62,103 nt of DNA from Gnetum montanum (taxonomy: Eukaryota > Plantae > Gnetophyta). The stretch lies in the NCBI GenBank assembly GCA_015680685.1, contig MNCI01002485.1:590346-652448 (forward strand), read 5' to 3'. The position numbers and the translations under genes were made by a program. The stretch's first letter is position 1. Every line of letters begins with the position of its first letter. Positions 48,841 to 62,103 of the stretch are shown one piece after another. A model generated the notes under the pieces. The model searched no databases, was not told where the DNA came from, and worked only from the letters and a program-made list of their open reading frames with translations.

Positions 48841-51800
48841 GTTTGATTGGAAAAATGGCTATGTATGATGATCTTTGTTCTCCCTTAATTTTGACGGGTC
48901 CCCATGGCAAACTCATGAGGCACTTGAACATAGAGTCGATAGACTTGGAACCTTCCCCCTATGATACCAACATAGCATCCTTAGAAACATCCCTAGACTA
49001 GCCCAAACATTTGGTCCAAACTCTTGATTTAGAGGCTAGTGATGTAACTGAGGACCCTCTTATCGAAATCCCCATAACTGCATCCAAAGGGGAGGTAAGA
49101 ACATTAAAATTTAGCTCGTTACTAGAGTCACAAGTTAAGCAAAGAATCTCTAGAGACCTTAATGATTATGCCAAAGTGTTTGCATGGTCATATGAAGACA
49201 TGCCAGGCTTAGACCCATGTATCATACAACACAATATCATACTAGACTCATGAGTCAAAGTGGTCAAACAAAAAGCCCGCAAGATCAAACTAGAGATCAC
49301 CTTAACTGTGCGTAGCGAAATCACTTAGCTTTACTTGGCTAGGTTCATTTGAGTGGTGGATTATTTGGAATGGATGTCAAACATCATTGTCATTTCAAAG
49401 AAAAATGGGGGTATACGAATCTGTATAGACTTCCAAGATTTGAACAAAGCAACGATTAAGGATGATTTCCCATTGCCTAGCATCAACCAACTTATCAATA
49501 CTATGACTGATCATGCCTTACTGTCCTTTATGGATGGGTTCTCAGGCTACAACCAAATCTGAATAAACCTAGAACATCAACTAGCAACTACTTTCATGAT
49601 CCATTGGAAACCTTTTGCTACACAATGATGCCCTTCGGGCTAAAAAATGGAGGAGCGACGTACCAGTGGACGATGACCTACATCTTTAGCAATTACCTAT
49701 TAGAGAAGCTAAATGATTACGTGGATGATATAGCTATTAAATCTAATAAAGCTATTGATCATGAAAATGACTAAACTTGGTCCTTCAATGTTGTCGCAGA
49801 CATGAATTATGCCTCAACCCCAAGAAATGTGTTTTCGGAGTCAAAACTAGACGCATGCTAGGTTTTATAGTATCAGAAACAGGGATATGTGTAGACCTCA
49901 ATAAAGTTAAGGCCATCATTAACTTGGCACTACCTACAAACCTTAAGGAGTTACATGGGCTACAGGACAGGGTACAATTCATAAGAAGATTTATCGCAAG
50001 GTTAACTGAAAAATTGCATCTAATGCAACACCTACTAAAAAAGGGAGTCAACTTTGAATAGACCAACCAATGTCAAGAAGCTTTTGATAGCTTAAAGAAA
50101 GAGCTTGTCCATCTTCCCACTATTTACCCTCCATAGAGAGACAAACCTTTTTACATTTATCTAGCCACTTCGAACATGTCTATTGCCACATTGCTATGCC
50201 AAAAGAGGGATGATGGTTTCAAAATCCCTATCTACTATCTAAGTCATGCATTGGTAGCCTATGAAGCAAAATACAATGAAGTAGAGAAAAATTGTCTTGC
50301 TTTAGTATTCGCACTTAAAAAATGGAGGCATTACTTGTTTTGAAGCCAAGTAAATATTATTTGCAAGAATAACATACTTTGGGCTATTACAACCAACATG
50401 TACGAAAGTAGTAGGATAGCTCGATGGAAGGCCATAATCATGGAATTTGACCTACACTATGTAGCACAACCATCGGTAAAAGGTCAAGCTATAGCTACAC
50501 AACTTACAACCTCGCCTACCAATGGCTAGGCAGTGATAGAACCTAAGTTCCTAGATGAACATGTTAATAGCATAACCCTAGTACCAATAGACTTCGAAGT
50601 CATTCTCCACTTTGATGGGGCTTCAACTATGCAAGGTGGTAGTGCGACTGTAGTTCTTACATTCCCCTTTGGGGAAATTTGATCTTTCGCATATCACTTC
50701 ACATTCCTTTGCACAAACAATGTGGTGGAATATGAGGGTCTCCTTAGGGGCATCCTAGTAGCCCAGGAATTGGGGATCCAAAGCTTAACAATTCAGGATG
50801 ACTCGCAATTAGTCATTAACCAAGTTACAGAGGTATACGCTTGCAAAGCATAGCATTTATAGCCTTACTGTGACTTGGCCAAGCACTTGATAAAGCAATT
50901 CACAACCCTAGATGTCCAACATGTGTTCCATAGTGAAAACACTATAGCAAATGCATTAGCCACGTTAGCACTAAGCATGCCATCACATATGTTTGCTACT
51001 CTGCCTACTTCGATAGTGGAATGCATGAACCCCATCATTCACACAATACATATTGCATCTGTGAGTGTACCTCACACTCAAGAATGGTATGACGATGTTA
51101 AAATATACCTCCAACATGGTGAACCCCCATGCGACTTGACATTGGCCCAAAAGGATGCAATGCAAAAGCGAGCATGGTAATATGTCCTCATAGTAGACGA
51201 CACTTTATGCAAACACTCTTATGATGGGATATTGCTAGCTTGCGTTAGTGGGGATGAATCAAAAAAAATTGTTGATGAAGTCCATGAGGGACTATGTGGA
51301 GGGAACAGAGCTCCTAGAGCTATGGCAGCAAAGATCAGGTGTCTAGGCTACTACTGGCCTCACATGGAATGTGATTGTGTTGCCAAGGTTAGAACATGTG
51401 ATGTGTGTCAATGCTATGGGAACCTTATACACGTATCACCTACCAAATTATATACCACACAAATCACATGGCCTTTCCAACATTGGGGACTAGACATCAT
51501 AGGACCCATTACACGTAAGTCTTCTACGGGGCATAACTTCATCATTACTGCAATCGAGTACTTTACAAAATGGGTAGAAGCTATTTCACTTAGAAAGACC
51601 GCATCCCAACAGGTTTGCAAGTTCATTTTGGACAACATAGTGACATGATTTGGCCTTCCCATGACTATTGTTACCAACAATGGACCACAGTTCAGTAGCA
51701 CGAAAACCAAAACCTTTTGCGAACGTCTTGGTATCAAACATTCTTTCTCATCTTCATATTACCCCTAGGCAAATGACCAAGTAAAGGCTACCAATAAAGT

Positions 51801-52325
51801 CATCATCAACCTTTTGAAAAAGATGCATAGCAGTAGCAAGAGGCGATGGCATGAGCAAACCCTCTATGTGCTTTGGGCTTATAGCACAACATGTAGAATA
51901 GCTATAGGTAAGACCCCATATAGTCTTGTATATGGATCTGAAGTAGTGTTACCTCTTGAATTGCAGGTCCCATCACTTTGAATGATTCTTTCAAACGTCA
52001 TGGATGAGGCTCAAAACAATGAGTCAAGGATCATTGGCCTTGACTCCATAGAGGAGGAGTGCACCCAAACACTTAACCACATCGAATGATACCAAGACAA
52101 GCAATGGTGGAAACATCACTATAATTTGCACCAATGATCTATCAAAAAGGGGGACTTAGTCCTCAAAGACATTCGTGAACCCGTAAGCAAATTCTCAGCC
52201 AACTAGGAAGGCCCCTATGTAGTCATAAAAGCATATGAGAATGGGGCATTCAAGTTGGCTAACGTAGATGACAATAAATTCCCAAGTCCTATCAACCATT
52301 TGTACCTAAAGCCATACTATGCTTA
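48841..52325 (+). pseudogene. Tat pol: RT, RNase H, additional RNase H, integrase (decayed)
   Basis: VFAWSYEDMPGLDP, RICIDFQDLNKA, SFMDGFSGYNQI, YVDDI, LNPKKCVFG; aRH HFDGAS...TNNVVEYEGLL...DSQLVINQV; integrase EVHEGLCG..GYYWP..WGLDIIGP..YFTKWVEA; ends LKPYYA*. Confidence 0.93.
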
Positions 52326-52369
52326 ACATGCAAGATTACATTGAACATGAAGCAAGGTAAGCAAATCAT

Positions 52370-52680
52370 CCACTATGACATAAAACTGGCACAAAATGTC
52401 CGCTATGACATTAAACTGGCATAGCATGTCTTTGGACCATGATATAAAACTAGCACCCACACATTGTCCTTGGGTCATGACGTAAAACTGGCACCCATAG
52501 CATGGTCCACTAGGACCTTGAACTAGCCATCCTCCATCCGCTATGATGTTAAACTAGCACAACGGTCTGCTGGGACCTTAAACTAGCACATCATTTTACC
52601 AAGACCTTAAACTAGCACATCATGATGTGCTAGAACCTTAAACTAGCACATTCGACGATCTACCAAGACCTACAAGTAGG
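52370..52680 (+). repeat. Degenerate tandem array (about 30 bp) after integrase
   Basis: About ten units with core GAC(C/A)TTAAACTRGCAC. Confidence 0.85.
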
Positions 52681-54137
52681 TTCGTAGTGCAACACCTCTT
52701 GGTTCACACTTGTGAACTTATGAACAAGCGAGCATTCATATCTTCGAGCTTCCTAGGCAGATGGGGTGGGACGTTACAGTTCTAGAATGAAGTTCACATT
52801 ATCAAGAAAAAATCCTCTAGGACACATGCAACATTGCCATCGCTGGCATCTTGTTGATCTTCCGGAGATGTCATTTGACATCTTGCTAACCTTCCAAAGC
52901 TACCGCTACCACTGCCAATCATCTTGGTCGTAGCTCTCACCGTTAGCACCTACTACTAGAGTCCCAGTACTATTGTGGCCCAGCCACAATGTTGTCATCC
53001 TCTAGTCCTTTCCATCATCAAAATCCAAAAAGGCATTTAGCTGATAGGCTTCTCACCCTGCAGCTGGATTTCATGATGCTTGCCTTTGGTGGCGATTCTT
53101 GAGCACCTGCATCATCATCACTCCTAGCCTCTTTAGTGCTCATTTTTGGTAGGGTCGCTAAAAATTTCTAGCCTACCAGCATCAAAGCCTATACTAGCCT
53201 TCTTGCTTTGGACATTACACATGTCAAACATAACACTTACCACCATGACAGTGCCCTAGGCAAGTAGGACTTTGCCCCCACTTCACACATTGGTTGTTTT
53301 TTTGGTTTTCTCTCTGTTGTGTTTGTAGGATAAAAGCCAAGATGGTGTCATTCAAAAATGTGTTCCACCACAAGAACAAGACACTACATCCTTCCAAAGT
53401 ACCCATTTAACTGGTCTAGCTACTTTAGAGTGCATACCCTTCTATCCCTTCAACCAACCTAACCTCCATTCCCTATCTGACATCTTCTTCGCAAGCTTCT
53501 CCAATATACATGAAACCCTTTCCCATGCTTAACCACCAAGCCCATGATGGATGTAACACAACTCATCCCATGGAAAGCCTCTATAGGCAGGTCAAAGCCC
53601 CATATGGATGTAACACAACTCATCTCGGGGAGGAAACACCTATCCTACAACGATGATAAGATTTCCTTCGAATGAACATGGGTGTGCAACAAAAAGCACA
53701 AAAAGCACACAAAGCACAAAATACAAAAGCTCAAAAAAAAAAATACAAGTGCCCAAAAAAAAATGGTGTGATAACTGCTCTGTAATCCTATCAGCTATAG
53801 ATCGACCATCTCTAAGCACTCCGGTGAGAGGTTGAGATCCAAAGAGAAAGACACCCATGTGTGTTGACTCCCTCATAAGCATTTTGATAAGGGATCATGC
53901 TATGGCAATAGTTTTCATGGTGTCACATTATACATACATTTCTTCCTTGACCCTATTTCCTCAAATCCATCCCTTGCCCCCTATCTTACATCACTCTCCA
54001 AGCACTCTCAAACATAGTGAAGCATCATCTAAGCAGGCACTGAACAACAATGTTGGCATCTTATTCTTCATGGTATTTCTTATTCTTTGTTGATGTCTCT
54101 TGGGAAAATCCTCCATATGTCGACAAAGAGGGGCTAG

Positions 54138-56495
54138 TAAAACACCATCAATTTTGGGCCATCATGATTCTCTAGGTGTAATGCCATGATGGACCCCACA
54201 AATGGTTCAACACCCTGAAAGTCCTAATGCCTACAAGGTTGTGTTTGAGTGTGCTTGCTATGCTCTTCACCACAATCAGCATAGTGCCCAGTTGTATTGC
54301 TAGTTTGCACAAATGGAGCATTGAAGGTAGACCATACAGTCTGGCAAATTTTCTATCTCCTGGGCTGACAAGTTTGCTACACTTTCTACCTTGCCCAGCT
54401 TGACACATGACCTAGTTGACGATCTACCTAGGGACCATGCTAGGAGTTGTCAAAGATGTTTAAGATGGACTAAATAGTTTAGCAAGTTTTCTAATTGTGA
54501 AACTTGCTATGCTACGCTATGTTGCACAATATAACAGGCCGTGTGAAGACTGATCAGGCACCAAAGATGTAGTTGGCAAGGATTCAGTCCTCCAGGATAC
54601 CCACCCTGCTTCATCCATGAAGCATGGTTAGCATGACATAGGAGAACTTGATACATTTCATTAGAAACCATCTCCATTTGAATGCTATGCTACATAGTGT
54701 AGCATAGCGTAGTAGGGTTCTAATGTGAGAATGTCTCTACTCAGATTGTTTTCACAAAGTAAACATAATGGCCCATGCCTTGACCATGAAAAAAATGCTT
54801 ATTCTACTTTGACTTTGGGACATGGCCAAGATCCCACAATATAACACTTACAGAGTAATGCAAAATTTAGGCAAAACTAGGTGCTACGCTATGCTACGCT
54901 CTGTAGCATAGCATAGCGTAGTAGGGTGACAATATAAGAAAGTATTCCAACAAGTTTTTCTAGTAAAAGAATTGTACTTGGCCATCATTCAACCTCCAAA
55001 ACTACTTGTCCCACTTTGCCCTCAAGTCTCAAATCAAACTCTCCTACCAAAGCATTGTAGGTTCTGACTCAAATTCATGCCAAACTAACTGCTATGCTGT
55101 GCTACGCTACACAGCGTAGCATAGCGTAGTAAGGACTCAAAGCCCAAAAGTGTTCCAAGGATGAACTTAGCAAGTCCTAGGACCTTTCAACATGAAAAGT
55201 AGGGTTGCCAATTGCTAAAGTTGCTTGCTTGACTAGGTGTCAAAATGGTATTTTTAGTTATCTGGACAAAATTCACGCAAAGGAGGAGTGTAGCGTAGCA
55301 CAGCGTAGTAAGTAAAGTGTTCACGCTACGCCGCTATGTTGGGCAGGATAGATAAAATAACACTTTTAGAAAAGCCTCAGGACATCTCTAGTAACTTCAA
55401 AATTTGTGGGTGGTGTTCAATTCTGCTCCAGCATCTCCTTGATAGACAAGAGCAGCAGTTTTCTTTGTTTTGCACCCCCCTGTTGATTCCTAAAGTTGTC
55501 CCTACACTTGACAGAACTCGCAAGAGGAGGGAAGACGTAGTCCTAGAGTGTAGGCTCCACTTTGCATTTGATGTTAGAATTTTTTGTAAAAACATAGTAG
55601 TCCTCTAGATTCTGGCACATATAGTTCAAATGATATGGTCATAGCTTAGCAAGTTCCATTTCCAGCCTTGTCCCACTCAGTGTAGCATATCAGCGTAGCA
55701 ATACACGTCAGTGTAGCACATCCACAATTCATGCCATGTGGGACATAGGACACGTGGCATCCAAACCATGTCTCTGTCCCACTCTTGGCCCTATAAATAC
55801 CCTAGAAAACAACGTTCAAGGGGTTGGCTTTTTGATTTTTCTTTCTTGCGATTGGCTTCTAGAGATTGGCATTTTGTCAATTGGCTTTCTGACAATTAGC
55901 TTTGGAAAGGAGATTGGTGAACAAAAGGTTCATGAACAACAAACCCTAGTAGTAGCACTTCCTGGATCTCTCCTTGACCCAGCATAGTAGCTCTTAGCCC
56001 AACAAGCACTGGATCATCAGTTCTTGTTAGCACGCCATTGGCAGCAATCCAGGAGCTATGACCATATCATTCCATTGTTAGCTATGCCTACCCAATACTA
56101 CACATTAGTTGTACACCTTCTTCAGCTAAACAAAGATTAGATCCCCTGATTTTGGGGTGGTGCATTCTCTCACTTAAGCTCATTTCATTTCATTATAGCA
56201 AATATTTTGCACTATTGTGTATTAGTTTACGTTTATTACTTAGTTACATATTCTGCTATGCTTTTACTGTTCCATGTGCTATAGTTTTCTTCACCTTAAT
56301 CTCCATGCGTAACATTTTAAAACCATTGTTCACAAAAGGTTATTGTACACTGTGTAAGTCCCAGACTAATCGACCAGACTGTTCAGGGCATCCCGTTTCT
56401 ATTTTCTCCAACATGGCCCTCACACGGATCCAAGGTTAGGTTGTACACTTGATAATCTCTCGGTGTTCCAACCACCGAAATTTTCATATGTAACA
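54138..56495 (+). repeat. 3' LTR of the Tat element
   Basis: Starts TAAAACACC (TG>TA mutation) after the PPT; ends TGTAACA before the TSD. Confidence 0.95.
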
Positions 56496-57315
56496 CCATG
56501 TAATTTACTTTTCATGTACTTAGTTAATATTTACATTTTCATGCATGTTAATTAATTAGGCACACAAGTACGATCACTTCGAGCATGCATATGGCTCTTG
56601 GTAATCCTAGCAATGCTTTACATTTGGTAATCCAGCAATGTTATACGTGTTCAAGATGTGCACAGGGAGTGGGATCAAATACTTATGTTAGGGCAGTTGA
56701 TTATTAACTAGCAATTAGATGAGTTGAATTGATTATAAATTGAGTTTCAACCTATTGTTAATTGTAGAACAATAAAATATAAAATAATAAAAATCATATG
56801 CCTCACTCTGGACTAAACCACTAATCCAAGTGTGAAGACAGTGAACTACGATAAATGCATAGTGATCTAGATGCCACAACTAGTCCCATCCACATAATTC
56901 AATTGGATTATGTGTGAACGCTTGTGATTCGTATGGTTGGGTGTAGGGGTACCTCGCTGCTCATCAATGTTGTTTTTTATAGTTAAGCCTTTAATACGAT
57001 ATAAACTAGTAGGCCTAGTTGTTTTGTAAAATTTTCCTTTTGATTTCATTAAGGTCCTTTCATTGGATAAAATACCACTAGCCTATATTCATGTTGACCA
57101 CTTTGCCGTAATCCTATTTGTAATATTATTTTCAATTAGACCATCTAATTGGAGCATTAATCCTAAGAAGTAGCACTATCTTACTTCTACTAATTCCAAA
57201 GCCTTTTTTATTTTAGAAATTATATCTACTTTTATATTTCCTCTTTTTTTTTCTTTCTTTGGGTAAAGCATGTTAATTTTCACCTCAATTAAGTAAGATG
57301 ATAAAGCAACAAGAA

Positions 57316-59049
57316 GTGGTGGAAATAGAAATTCAATTATGGAATTGGAAGAAATGCATCAAGAACATAAGATATTATCCTGGAGAAAGCATGCAAGAAC
57401 CCTAGCAATGGCTCTAACTCCTAGCAAGCCTTAGAAATCCAAGTCTTATTTTCTTTAAGACTTACAACAAGCTTAGGTCCAACTTTCAGAAGAGGAAGAG
57501 ACTACAACTTAAATTATGTCTCACACATCCTTTGACTTGGTGAAGATATGATGATGCTAAAACCACCCAAGCATCCACTTATATATTGGTCCTAATATCA
57601 TGCTTTAGGTATAAGCCAAATTATGGAGTTATAATTCATAATTAATTATGGCCAAATTGGGTGTGAGCCATTACATATTCTTTTGACATATTACATACTT
57701 TGGCTTTTGTTATTCATAGCCAACATGTCAAGAATAATTTGTCAACATGGCAACCATTACAACATGAAGGTGTTTTAAACTTAAAATTAACAACATACCA
57801 AACAATCTCCCACTTGTTACTTATTTTAAAGCATTACAACTAGGACCAACCATTACATTTCATAATTTACCAATCCAAGTTCTTTTCTACATCAATTGAA
57901 CTTATCTATAAGAATTGCCTTGGTCAACATATCTGCTGAATTTTCCAATGTAGGAACTTTTTTCAAAAAAATCCATCCTTTTTCAATTTGATCTTGAATA
58001 AAATGATAATTTATCTCAATTTGTTTTGTGCTTACATGGAACCTAGGATTCTTCAATAGGAAGATTGCACTTTGGTTATCAAAAAAAGAAATGTTTACTT
58101 TCTTTTGTTCTTGCCCAAATTCTTTGACCAATCATTGTGGCAAAACCACTACTTTGCTTACTTGAGAAGCTGCTACTTACGTCGTCTCTATCATAGATAA
58201 TACAACATAGCTTTATTTTTTGCTGATCCAACTGATCACACCTATGTTTATTTTAAAAGCATATCAACTTGTGGATTTTTGATGATTTGGATCACCTTCC
58301 CAATCTACATCCACAAAGCCATGTAATTCAAAGGAATTTTTCTCATAACAGATAACAAAATTAACAATGCCTCGAAGATACCCAAAAATTCTTTTACAAC
58401 CATCTAATGTTCTTTACTAAGAATGGAAATAAACCTGCTTATAGCTCCTACTACATATGTAATATCAAGCCTAGTATATACCATTGATACATGAAGCTAC
58501 CTATAACATTAGCAAAGGGGATTTTTCTCATTTCCTCTATTTCTTCATTTGTTCCAGGGCATTGCTCCATTGATAATTTCATACCCATAGACAATGGAGT
58601 GTTTACTGAATTACAATCCTACATATTAAATTTTTCTAAAACTTATTAACATATGCATATTAATCAAGCCATAACCTTTAACCTTTTCTATCTCTTTTAA
58701 TTTCCATGCTTGAGATTTTTCTTGCTGCACCAAGATACTTCATCATAAACTAAGATGACAGTTGGTATTTTAGCTTAGTGATTTGTTGCATACTGTTCTC
58801 TGCTATCAACATATCATCAACATACAATAGTAGTATCATCCAGGTTTGTGATCTTTAGATAAATACAAGGGTCATTATCAGCCCTTACAAAATGAAGCCT
58901 TATCATGCAAGAATCAAAATTCTTATACCACATCTTAGGGGAATATTTCAATCCATACAAGGATTTTAACAAGTGACATACCATATTTCTCTTACCCTTG
59001 ACCACATAGCCCTTAGACTATTGCATGTAGATTTCTTTATCAAGATCTT
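57316..59049 (-). mobile_element. Ty1/copia remnant: RT-RNase H, PPT and 3' LTR
   Basis: LLKSLYGLKYSPKMWYKNFDS, LYVDDMLIA, DNQSAI..TKQIEINYHFI..NSADMLTKA; PPT AAGTGGGAGA then TGTT at 57804. The left LTR boundary (about 57316) is a guess. Confidence 0.85.
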
Positions 59050-62000
59050 TGATGAGTGGCGAGGTACCCCTACACTCAACCATACGAATACAAGCGTGTA
59101 CGCGCGATCCGGTTGAACTCCGCAGACTAAATGCCTTAACGCCACAAGAAACACTTGGGGTTAATCGTTTGTTGTCTTTCCAGGCTTGCTTGTATGTGTC
59201 ACGGTGTATGGTTAAGCAAGTCTGAGGTATNNNNNNNNNNNNNNNNNNNNNNNNNNNNNNNNNNNNNNNNNNNNNNNNNNNNNNNNNNNNNNNNNNNNNN
59301 NNNNNNNNNNNNNNNNNNNNNNNNNNNNNNNNNNNNNNNNNNNNNNNNNNNNNNNNNNNNNNNNNNNNNNNNNNNNNNNNNNNNNNNNNNNNNNNNNNNN
59401 NNNNNNNNNNNNNNNNNNNNNNNNNNNNNNNNNNNNNNNNNNNNNNNNNNNNNNNNNNNNNNNNNNNNNNNNNNNNNNNNNNNNNNNNNNNNNNNNNNNN
59501 NNNNNNNNNNNNNNNNNNNNNNNNNNNNNNNNNNNNNNNNNNNNNNNNNNNNNNNNNNNNNNNNNNNNNNNNNNNNNNNNNNNNNNNNNNNNNNNNNNNN
59601 NNNNNNNNNNNNNNNNNNNNNNNNNNNNNNNNNNNNNNNNNNNNNNNNNNNNNNNNNNNNNNNNNNNNNNNNNNNNNNNNNNNNNNNNNNNNNNNNNNNN
59701 NNNNNNNNNGGCGGACCGCGATATCGTGTACGCGATATCGCAGGGAAGGACGCGATATCGCGGTAGACGTGATATCGCATACTGTGCAATTCGTGTCTCA
59801 TCATACCCCCATGACTGAATGAAAACTCGTCCTCGAGTTTCTTACAATAAGATCAGGTAGGTATGGGATTATTGAGGGAAATGGAACTAATGGAATGACA
59901 TGTGAACAGTTCATTATTACAAGACTTGACACAACTGGTGTTCATGACAACAAGGGTGAACAACGTATTACAATGACATCAGGCCACACTTGGCAGCTGA
60001 GAGAAAAGAGGAGAGAGAATAGAAGAGAAGAAGAGAGAAGAGTCTTGCTGCTGCCAACGCCTAGATTGCACCTTCCGTTGTCCATCTGTAAGCGCATTAT
60101 CCATCTTGCTCCTTGCATAGCTACTTCAGCACTACTCCATTCCAAGTGGTTGCTCCAGATCCATTCCATTGTTGTATGATTGCCATCTACACACACAACA
60201 CAATCATATATTAGCAAGGGTAATTAAATCATTAAGTAAATAATACCTTGCTTCGGTGTAGGTTCATTGGCTAGGTTGTGGTATGGCTGATATGGATCTN
60301 NNNNNNNNNNNNNNNNNNNNNNNNNNNNNNNNNNNNNNNNNNNNNNNNNNNNNNNNNNNNNNNNNNNNNNNNNNNNNNNNNNNNNNNNNNNNNNNNNNNN
60401 NNNNNNNNNNNNNNNNNNNNNNNNNNNNNNNNNNNNNNNNNNNNNNNNNNNNNNNNNNNNNNNNNNNNNNNNNNNNNNNNNNNNNNNNNNNNNNNNNNNN
60501 NNNNNNNNNNNNNNNNNNNNNNNNNNNNNNNNNNNNNNNNNNNNNNNNNNNNNNNNNNNNNNNNNNNNNNNNNNNNNNNNNNNNNNNNNNNNNNNNNNNN
60601 NNNNNNNNNNNNNNNNNNNNNNNNNNNNNNNNNNNNNNNNNNNNNNNNNNNNNNNNNNNNNNNNNNNNNNNNNNNNNNNNNNNNNNNNNNNNNNNNNNNN
60701 NNNNNNNNNNNNNNNNNNNNNNNNNNNNNNNNNNNNNNNNNNNNNNNNNNNNNNNNNNNNNNNNNNNNNNNNNNNNNNNNNNNNNNNNNNNNNNNNNNNN
60801 NNNNNNNNNNNNNNNNNNNNNNNNNNNNNNNNNNNNNNNNNNNNNNNNNNNNNNNNNNNNNNNNNNNNNNNNNNNNNNNNNNNNNNNNNNNNNNNNNNNN
60901 NNNNNNNNNNNNNNNNNNNNNNNNNNNNNNNNNNNNNNNNNNNNNNNNNNNNNNNNNNNNNNNNNNNNNNTTTTTTTTTGTGTTTTGTGTTTTTATGCGT
61001 GGGGACCACACCATGCAAAGACTTCTTTATTTTTATTGCTTCAGCTTCCGATTATTGAGTAACATCGGAACGATAAGAAAACTCAAGAAGAGAACATCCA
61101 AGCACCCAAGTGAATGACCAACACAAAAGCACCAAGTTCCTTTGAAGTCACACCCTTTGCAATCCTTGAGTCCTTCCTTAGTTTGAGAAATGCCCAGTTA
61201 CCAGTTTGTTAAAGATCTTAGTGGAAGGGAACTGTACATTTCCAAGCCAAGGGAAATCATAGACTTGATGGATGGATGGATGAAGTGATCTCATTGCCTG
61301 CCATATCAAAAGGAGCATACCTTAGTATCAACAATGTAACTTAAAGGTAAAAACCAAACATTAGCAATTAATGAAAAACAGTTCATCCCATCAGTCTGAA
61401 CACTTATTGGGTGACGAACTTACAGGGTGGATGACACACACACACACACACACAAAATAGAAAAGTATAACGATGGTGTAAAACAAAAACAAGAAAAGTT
61501 AAGGAAATTTGTAAAAAAAAAAAATAGAAAAGTTAAAGAAATTTGCAAAACAAAAATGTGTAAAAAAAAAACTGAAAAAGAACTAAGGGCCCCATATGGT
61601 TAGCATAGGTGGCCATCTCCCCCATGACTAAGTTGTAAGGGAGAGATCCGAAATAGTGAGCGCCTATTTGAATTTCTGAGAAGTGCCCAACTTCTCCCAA
61701 TTGATGATCTCAAATTGACGGGTGGAAGTTGGCGACGCTCACGTTCCAATGAGTCTATGCCATGGTTGTTGGCATGAGTTTCCTCAGTTCGTTCCATGCA
61801 TATTTGTTTGCCCCTACGAGAAGCTGTCAACCATGGGGTGTCCACTACTTCTTGTGTGGTTGCTACATATAGGCATCTTTGTTGCAGAGTTTTTTGGGCA
61901 CACCTATTATATGGAGACATTTCCTCCATGTCATCACCTGATGAATCATTGTATGTGATGCATGGAACTATCCTCTTCTCGATCTTTCCACATTTGTTTA

Positions 62001-62103
62001 TCTTAGAGATTTCCAAGGAAAGATCGCGGATCCTAAGGCATGTAGCTACTGTGCTTAGCCATGCCCTTCCCATTATAATTGGGAAGTCCCCTTCGTTGTT
62101 GTT
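59050..62103 (-). mobile_element. Non-autonomous Athila-like element, copy C (sister of copy B), inserted in the copia RT; runs off the right edge
   Basis: 3' LTR 59050-59803 (gapped), PPT-like 59804-59816, interior colinear with 30355-32760, protease C-terminus PIIMGRAWL... to stop at 61600. Confidence 0.92.

Larger units (their letters stand above)
40341..56495 (+). mobile_element. Complete decayed Ty3/gypsy Tat-lineage (Ogre/Retand-type domain order) LTR retrotransposon
   Basis: TSD CCATG (40336-40340 / 56496-56500); LTRs 40341-42697 and 54138-56495; PBS; PPT AAAGAGGGG 54125-54133; order gag-PR // RT-RH-aRH-INT. Confidence 0.95.
39953..56966 (+). mobile_element. Solo LTR (about 854 bp: 39953-40340 plus 56501-56966) of the Athila-like family, split by the Tat element
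   Basis: TGATGA start, GGTACCTCGCTGCTCATCA end, TSD ATGTT (39948-39952 / 56967-56971), TATA CCTATAAATA at about 40072; right half is reverse-complement-similar to LTR 7260-7700. Confidence 0.85.

Noticed and set aside
52370-52680. Repeat-spacer look (CRISPR-like) of the TTAAACTRGC arrays
   Set aside because: Cores are only about 12 bp and degenerate, intervening sequences are related to each other, there are no cas genes, and the context is a plant retrotransposon.
52700-53250. Antisense extra ORF in the Tat 3' region
   Set aside because: No frame stays open or gives a recognisable motif.

Overview
Land-plant nuclear DNA (scaffold with three N-gaps), mostly decayed and nested retroelements. 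One host gene is recognisable: the 5' part of a minus-strand GH31 alpha-glucosidase (HGL1-like). Its secure exons are at 12123-12605, with candidate upstream exons to about 25.8 kb. Its long introns contain four copies of one L1-type LINE family and a truncated Athila-like LTR element. Upstream of the gene lie: a second L1 family interrupted by a complete non-autonomous gag-protease LTR element; a solo LTR interrupted by a complete 16 kb Tat/Ogre-type gypsy element; and a copia remnant interrupted by another non-autonomous element. Most insertions are confirmed by target-site duplications. Main finding: ORF2 of the intronic LINE family continues in frame past zf-RVT, where plant L1s often carry RNase H. 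It runs into a domain resembling the extra 'env-like' ORFs of plant LTR elements, then an E-rich coiled coil, then a DnaJ-type J-domain. Two independently decayed copies read HPN and HSD, implying an ancestral HPD. All translations and alignments were done by hand; no database searches were run.
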